From NCBI GenBank assembly GCA_021201335.1, contig JAJQFD010000016.1, forward strand, positions 49,365 to 113,364: DNA of 64,000 bases. Reading direction: 5' to 3'. The notes under the pieces are model-generated. The model had not been told where the DNA came from. It searched no databases and saw only the letters and a list, made by a program, of their open reading frames with translations. Made by a program: the position numbers and the translations under genes. Shown one piece after another: positions 58,582 through 64,000 of the stretch. Each line of letters begins with the position of its first letter. The stretch's first letter is position 1. Source of the stretch: Bacteroides sp. (GTDB taxonomy: Bacteria > Bacteroidota > Bacteroidia > Bacteroidales > Bacteroidaceae).

Positions 58582-59751
58582 ATGTCGAAAAGAGATTATT
58601 ATGAAGTGCTTGAAGTAACTAAAGCTGCTTCAGCTGATGAAATAAAGAAAGCATACCGAAAAAAAGCAATCCAATACCATCCAGATAAGAACCCGGGTGA
58701 CAAAGAGGCAGAAGAAAAGTTCAAAGAAGCTGCCGAAGCGTATGATGTGCTTAGTAATCCGGACAAACGTTCTCGCTATGATCAGTTTGGTCATGCAGGT
58801 GTGAGTGGAGCTGCCGGTAATGGCGGGCCATTTGGTGGTTTTGAGGGTGGTATGTCAATGGATGATATATTCTCTATGTTCGGAGATATATTCGGCGGAC
58901 GCGGAGGAGGATTCGGAGGCTTTGGTTTCGGCGGCGGTGGCGGCGGAAGTCAGAAAAGACGGTTCCGCGGATCGGACCTTCGGGTGAAAGTAAAATTAGA
59001 CCTGAAAGAGATTTCTGCCGGTGTTGAAAAGAAATTCAAGCTTAAAAAATACATAGAATGTAATCATTGTCACGGTACGGGTGCCGAAGGAAACAGTGGT
59101 GTTGAAACCTGTCCGACCTGTCATGGTAGTGGATCTGTTGTACGGAATCAACAAACGATTCTGGGAACTATGCAAACACGTACAACCTGTTCTACCTGTA
59201 ACGGTGAAGGAACCATCATCAAAAACAAATGTAAAGTTTGTGGTGGTGATGGTATCGTGCATGGAGAGGAAGTGGTAAACGTAAAAATCCCCGCAGGTGT
59301 TGCTGAAGGCATGCAACTATCTATGAGTGGAAAAGGTAATGCAGGGAAACACAATGGTGTGCCTGGTGACTTATTAATTCAAGTACAGGAGGAAGCACAT
59401 CCCGACTTAATCAGGGATGACAATGATCTGATTTATAATCTGCTCTTAAGTTTCCCGACAGCTGCTATCGGTGGTACAGTGGAGATTCCGACTATCGACA
59501 GTAAAGTAAAAGTAAAGATAGATTCGGGAACTCAACCGGGTAAAGTGCTTCGCTTACGTGGGAAAGGATTGCCAAGCGTAAACGGATATGGTACAGGAGA
59601 TTTATTAGTGAACGTTAGTGTATATGTTCCTGAGACACTCAGTAAGGATGAAAAGAGCACATTGGAAAAGTTTGAAGACTCGGATAATTTTAAACCAAGC
59701 ACCGGTGTAAAAGAAAAAATCTTTAAGAAGTTTAAGAGTTTCTTTGATTGA
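58582..59751 (+). CDS. dnaJ: molecular chaperone DnaJ
   Basis: It has a J domain with HPD, a G/F region and four CxxCxGxG zinc motifs. Confidence 0.98.
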   Translation: MSKRDYYEVLEVTKAASADEIKKAYRKKAIQYHPDKNPGDKEAEEKFKEAAEAYDVLSNPDKRSRYDQFGHAGVSGAAGNGGPFGGFEGGMSMDDIFSMFGDIFGGRGGGFGGFGFGGGGGGSQKRRFRGSDLRVKVKLDLKEISAGVEKKFKLKKYIECNHCHGTGAEGNSGVETCPTCHGSGSVVRNQQTILGTMQTRTTCSTCNGEGTIIKNKCKVCGGDGIVHGEEVVNVKIPAGVAEGMQLSMSGKGNAGKHNGVPGDLLIQVQEEAHPDLIRDDNDLIYNLLLSFPTAAIGGTVEIPTIDSKVKVKIDSGTQPGKVLRLRGKGLPSVNGYGTGDLLVNVSVYVPETLSKDEKSTLEKFEDSDNFKPSTGVKEKIFKKFKSFFD

Positions 59752-59779
59752 TAATAACTTTATGCGATAACTATACAAC

Positions 59780-59815
59780 GGGCTGATTCCAACTGGAATT
59801 GGCCTGTTTTGTTTT
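59780..59815 (+). terminator. intrinsic terminator after dnaJ
   Basis: The stem is gggctgattcc-aact-ggaattggcct with wobble pairs, followed by gttttgtttt. Confidence 0.55.
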
Positions 59816-59935
59816 ATAAACGAGCTATCAGAATCATCCTATATCAAGTATCAAAAAATGCAACCGCAATATGAGTTAAAAGATACCGCATTTCAATTCA
59901 AATCCTACTTGCATTTGGTAGGAATGGTATCGGGC

Positions 59936-59973
59936 TAAAAAAATGGCACCTCTTCCTGAGAAAAAGCGCCATT
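59936..59973 (-). terminator. intrinsic terminator after the POT transporter gene
   Basis: On the minus strand the sequence is atggcgc-(16-nt loop)-gtgccat followed by T8. Confidence 0.45.
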
Positions 59974-59996
59974 GCTGTATTATATATTATCAGGTT

Positions 59997-61535
59997 TTAT
60001 TTAGCTATTCTTTCGAGCCATTTTAGCATAGCAAGCATGGTAAACATTGAGATTAAACATGCCGCAACAAATACACACCACGTAGCCCATATAGGAATAT
60101 TTTCATAGAAGATAGTACCCAAAATCAGCAATTGGTTACCCAAAGCAGTAGCACCTAACCAACATCCCTGCATAATACCCTGATATTGGGGAGGAGCAAC
60201 TTTAGATACAAATGAAAGTCCCAATGGACTAATAAATAGCTCTGCAACAGTCAAAATAAAATAAGTCCCTATCAATAAGAAAGGAGTCACACGGGCAGCA
60301 TCTGTAAGCCCTCCCATCTCTTTTACTTCCTCCGCACTAGGCAATCCGTAAGAACCCAGAGCCATTACAACAAAAGCTGCGGCAGCTATACCCATACCAA
60401 TCGCAATTTTCTTCGGAGTGGATGGTTCCTTACCACGGGCCCTTAACCAACCAAAGAATCCGATAACGACCGGTGTTAAGAATACGACAAAGAATGGATT
60501 AAAGAACTGGAATATTTCTGCTCCTTCAATCACAGTAAACCCTAAGTCTATTCTCAATGAACTAAGAAGCGTATAATCGTTGGCAAAGAAAGTTAAGGTT
60601 ACACCATTTTGGTGGAAGGAGAACCAGAAAAATATAACGACTGCAAATACGGCAAACAATGCATACAAGCGTTGGCTAACTTCACTCCGAGACATTTGTG
60701 GAACACTATCTGTACTCTTTGTCTGAGCCTGAACTTTCAAAGCAGGATCGGGCAATCTCTTTTTGTTAGAAATGAAAATTACCAAAGAAATAAGCATTGC
60801 CACGATAGCCGCACCAAAAGCATAATGGAATCCGGTATTAAACACATCCAGATATTGATTAGCGAAAGCTGTTAAATCGCCGGAAAAGCCTCCTTTCGAT
60901 ACAGTAGAAGCCAATTCTGTAAAGCGTTGTGATGCTTCTGCTGAAATATTTCCCTTTAAGAATTGATGGCAAAGAGCCGGAAGATCTGAGTTATAAACAA
61001 ATCCGTTGGCACCTACCCACCAGTTACGAATACCTACCGCAATCAAGGGAGCAAATAAAGCACCCACATTAATAAACATATAGAAAATCTGGAATCCGGT
61101 ATCTCTTTTATCTGAATATCTAGGATCATCGTACATCTGACCAACCACGGCTTGCAAATTACCTTTAAATAACCCGTTACCAAAGGCAATTACAAAAAGT
61201 CCGATACAAGTTAATGTCAGAAATAAGGCTAAATTAGGAACAGGGGTCGGAGTGGGAATGGCAATCAGTAAATAACCAACCGACATTAATATCAAACCAG
61301 CTAAGATCGTTTGCTTATACTTCTTTGTTTTATCTGCTATTAACCCACCAGCTAATGCCAGTAAGTAAATTAAAGCATAAAAAATAGAATAAATGATGGT
61401 AGATTCCGTTTTCTCCAGTCCAAATTTAGACATAAGGAATAAAGAGAGAATAGCCATCATAATGTAGAAACCGAAACGTTCTCCCATATTGGAAAGAGCA
61501 GCCCCAATTAGTCCTTTAGGATGATTCTTAAACAT
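59997..61535 (-). CDS. POT/PTR2 family peptide:proton symporter
   Basis: 512 aa. It has the GERFGFY motif and about 14 TM segments. Confidence 0.9.
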   Translation of the reverse strand: MFKNHPKGLIGAALSNMGERFGFYIMMAILSLFLMSKFGLEKTESTIIYSIFYALIYLLALAGGLIADKTKKYKQTILAGLILMSVGYLLIAIPTPTPVPNLALFLTLTCIGLFVIAFGNGLFKGNLQAVVGQMYDDPRYSDKRDTGFQIFYMFINVGALFAPLIAVGIRNWWVGANGFVYNSDLPALCHQFLKGNISAEASQRFTELASTVSKGGFSGDLTAFANQYLDVFNTGFHYAFGAAIVAMLISLVIFISNKKRLPDPALKVQAQTKSTDSVPQMSRSEVSQRLYALFAVFAVVIFFWFSFHQNGVTLTFFANDYTLLSSLRIDLGFTVIEGAEIFQFFNPFFVVFLTPVVIGFFGWLRARGKEPSTPKKIAIGMGIAAAAFVVMALGSYGLPSAEEVKEMGGLTDAARVTPFLLIGTYFILTVAELFISPLGLSFVSKVAPPQYQGIMQGCWLGATALGNQLLILGTIFYENIPIWATWCVFVAACLISMFTMLAMLKWLERIAK

Positions 61536-61577
61536 ATTCTTAAAGTTAAGTGATTAAATATTTATTCATTATTGACG

Positions 61578-61585
61578 CAAATATA
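61578..61585 (-). promoter_or_regulatory. -7 box (TATATTTG) for the POT transporter gene
   Basis: It lies 43 nt upstream of ATG 61535. Confidence 0.45.
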
Positions 61586-61676
61586 ATCACAACAAAATAA
61601 AAAATACTATAAATGTTGATATTTATAATAGAAAAAGCTCTCCTACATTGGTATTTACCACTGTCTTCCTACCATT

Positions 61677-62153
61677 TTAATGCAAGATAGCTACTTGAGC
61701 CTTTACTAAATCAATCAATTCTTTTGGACTAACTTTCAACTGAAGGCCACGCTGACCGGCGCTCACATAAATAAAATCATAATGCAAACAGGTTTCATGA
61801 ATATAGGTAGGAAAGAGCTTCTTCATACCAATCGGTGAACAGGCTCCACGTATATAACCGGTTACAGACAATAGGTCTTTCATCAGAATCATTTCGCAAT
61901 TCTTATTGCCTGATACCTTTGCAGCCAATTTAAGGTTTACTTCTTTATCACCGGGAACAATGCAGACGAAATAACCAGTCTTGTCTCCATGTAGAACAAG
62001 TGTTTTAAATACCTGCTCTACATCCTCATTTAAATCTTGGGCAACATGAATGGCGCTCAGGTCATTTTCATCTACCTTATACGGGATTAGTTCATAGCGG
62101 ATCTTTGCTTTATCCAATAAGCGTGCTGCGTTTGTCTTTTGAACTTTAGTCAT
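61677..62153 (-). CDS. ybaK: Cys-tRNA(Pro)/aminoacyl-tRNA deacylase YbaK
   Basis: 158 aa. It has a YbaK/EbsC pattern (TNAARLLD..., GACSPIG). Confidence 0.88.
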   Translation of the reverse strand: MTKVQKTNAARLLDKAKIRYELIPYKVDENDLSAIHVAQDLNEDVEQVFKTLVLHGDKTGYFVCIVPGDKEVNLKLAAKVSGNKNCEMILMKDLLSVTGYIRGACSPIGMKKLFPTYIHETCLHYDFIYVSAGQRGLQLKVSPKELIDLVKAQVAILH

Positions 62154-62160
62154 AAACTCA

Positions 62161-64000
62161 CTACAGTTTTAGTTCATCTCTCAGAAATTTCGGAGTATAT
62201 CCTTTTTTACTTTTAGCCACTTTCTCCGGGGTTCCGAAACTGAGGACTTCTCCCCCACCTTTTCCACCTTCCGGGCCCATGTCGATAATATAATCGGCCA
62301 TTTTTATGACATCCAAATTATGCTCGATAACAATTACCGTATTTCCCCGGTCTACTAGCTTGTTTAAAACTCCCAGAAGGATACGAATGTCTTCAAAATG
62401 TAATCCGGTGGTAGGCTCATCCAGGATATAAAGAGTTTTCCCAGTATCCTTTTTAGAAAGCTCAGTTGCCAATTTTACACGTTGGCTCTCTCCCCCGGAC
62501 AAGGTCGTTGATGATTGTCCCAGCTTGATATACCCTAAGCCCACCTCCTGCAATACTTTGATTTTATTCAATATTTGCGGTACATTCTCAAAGAATTCGA
62601 CAGCGCGGTTAATCGTCATATCCAGAACATCTGCGATAGATTTTCCTTTGAATCGAACTTCTAATGTTTCCCGGTTGTAACGCTTACCATGGCATACTTC
62701 ACAAGGTACATAAACGTCCGGAAGAAAATTCATTTCAATCGTTTTATATCCATTCCCGGAACATGCTTCACACCTTCCTCCTGCTACATTGAAAGAAAAC
62801 CGTCCGGGTTTATAACCCCGTATTTTTGCTTCAGGAAGTCCGACAAATAGATTACGGATGTCTGTAAAGACACCAGTATAAGTTGCCGGATTAGAACGGG
62901 GAGTTCTTCCCAGCGGAGACTGATCGACATCCACCACCTTATCTATATTCTCCAATCCTTCAATGGAACTATATTCCAAAGGGTCTTGCAAAGAACGATA
63001 GAACTTTTGAGAAAGAATAGGATGTAATGTTTCATTTATCAAGGTTGATTTACCACTACCAGATACCCCCGTTACACAAATCAATTTACCCAAAGGAAAT
63101 TCAACATTTACATTTTTAAGGTTGTTCCCTTTCGCTCCCCGAAGCCAGATGGACTTACCATTTCCCTCCCGACGCTTAACCGGTAGTGCAATTTTCTTTT
63201 CTCCATTCAGATAAGCAGAAGTAAGTGTAGAAGTCTCTAACATTTCATTCGGTGTTCCGGAGAATACGACCTCTCCACCCAAACGGCCAGCTTTAGGACC
63301 CATATCAATCACGTAATCAGCAGAAAGCATCATATCCTTATCATGCTCAACCACTATCACCGAATTCCCAATATCCCGCAAACTTTTAAGTGATTTGATT
63401 AAACGCAGATTATCTCGTTGATGTAACCCAATACTGGGTTCATCGAGTATATAAAGTACGTTTACCAGTTGAGAACCAATTTGTGTTGCCAAACGAATAC
63501 GTTGGCTTTCACCTCCTGAAAGACTGACTGAGCTTCGATTCAACGATAAATAGTCCAATCCAACATCAAGCAAAAAGTTTAGGCGAGTTCTGATTTCTTT
63601 AAGGATTTCAACTGCTATCTTCTTTTGTTTTTCAGATAAAAAATCATCTACATGCTGTAGCCATTCATGCAACTCGCTAATATCCATGGAAGATAACTCA
63701 TAGATGTTCTTATCATGTATTCGATAAGATAATGCTTCCTTATTAAGTCTGGCACCTTTACATTCGGGACACACAGTTGTACGGGCAAACTGGTCCGCCC
63801 ATTTTTGAGCTGTTGCAGAAGCATCTTTCTCCTGCAGCATTCTGATATACTTTACAACTCCTTCGAATGTGACAAAATAATCTGAGGAGCTTCCAATTAC
63901 AGAACTCTTGAGTTTTATCCGTTCGTCAGAACCATAAAGTATCTCATCTATAACATCCGATGAAAGTTTTTTGATAGGTGTTTTTAAAGTGGCTTCATTT
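62161..64000 (-). CDS. uvrA: excinuclease ABC subunit A, 5' end outside the window
   Basis: The reading frame stays open to position 64000 (...EATLKTPIKKLSSDVIDEILYGSDERIKL...). It has CPECKGARL and CEACSGNG zinc modules, two ABC signature/Walker sets and GVSGSGKST. Confidence 0.97.
   Translation of the reverse strand, partial: NEATLKTPIKKLSSDVIDEILYGSDERIKLKSSVIGSSSDYFVTFEGVVKYIRMLQEKDASATAQKWADQFARTTVCPECKGARLNKEALSYRIHDKNIYELSSMDISELHEWLQHVDDFLSEKQKKIAVEILKEIRTRLNFLLDVGLDYLSLNRSSVSLSGGESQRIRLATQIGSQLVNVLYILDEPSIGLHQRDNLRLIKSLKSLRDIGNSVIVVEHDKDMMLSADYVIDMGPKAGRLGGEVVFSGTPNEMLETSTLTSAYLNGEKKIALPVKRREGNGKSIWLRGAKGNNLKNVNVEFPLGKLICVTGVSGSGKSTLINETLHPILSQKFYRSLQDPLEYSSIEGLENIDKVVDVDQSPLGRTPRSNPATYTGVFTDIRNLFVGLPEAKIRGYKPGRFSFNVAGGRCEACSGNGYKTIEMNFLPDVYVPCEVCHGKRYNRETLEVRFKGKSIADVLDMTINRAVEFFENVPQILNKIKVLQEVGLGYIKLGQSSTTLSGGESQRVKLATELSKKDTGKTLYILDEPTTGLHFEDIRILLGVLNKLVDRGNTVIVIEHNLDVIKMADYIIDMGPEGGKGGGEVLSFGTPEKVAKSKKGYTPKFLRDELKL

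Overview
The window is a 64-kb chromosomal segment that looks like a low-GC Bacteroidota (Bacteroidales-like) genome. Three things point that way. Many TAnnTTTG -7 boxes sit in the right orientation upstream of starts. Shine-Dalgarno sequences are absent. The gene content includes a BspA-type LRR protein, GH95, DUF3078, secreted TldD/PmbA proteins and a long type-2 IleRS. I call about 48 protein-coding genes, mostly housekeeping: lspA, ileS, purT, relA/spoT, pyrBI, glyA, pheT, fhs, mfd, pyrC-like, grpE-dnaJ and uvrA. I saw no rRNA, tRNA, CRISPR array, integrase, transposase or prophage genes.

The best candidate for an undescribed system is a tightly coupled six-gene module at 45.2-55.0 kb. 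It encodes a 1086-aa DUF4132-like protein, a MoxR-type AAA+ ATPase, a 798-aa DUF5682-like protein, a VWA/MIDAS protein, a protein with two SWIM zinc fingers, and a 91-aa protein. From memory this is the same gene set as E. coli yehI/L/M/P/Q, for which I know of no demonstrated function.

Other points worth a second look:
- An ABC-F gene is broken at an A9 run that is also a -1 slippery site, and its second ATPase domain is degenerate.
- A 6.6-kb block of about 50% GC (mfd to the MetH activation-domain gene) sits in sequence of about 35-40% GC.
- There is a DUF2339/DUF3999 gene pair and a secreted TldD/PmbA pair.
- Two gene-poor intergenic regions have promoter-plus-hairpin architecture and could encode sRNAs or small proteins.
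- A conserved AACTCAAAAACT word sits just upstream of several start codons.
- A family of exact 11-13-mers is shared between two intergenic regions.

All family names come from reading motifs by eye. No searches were run.
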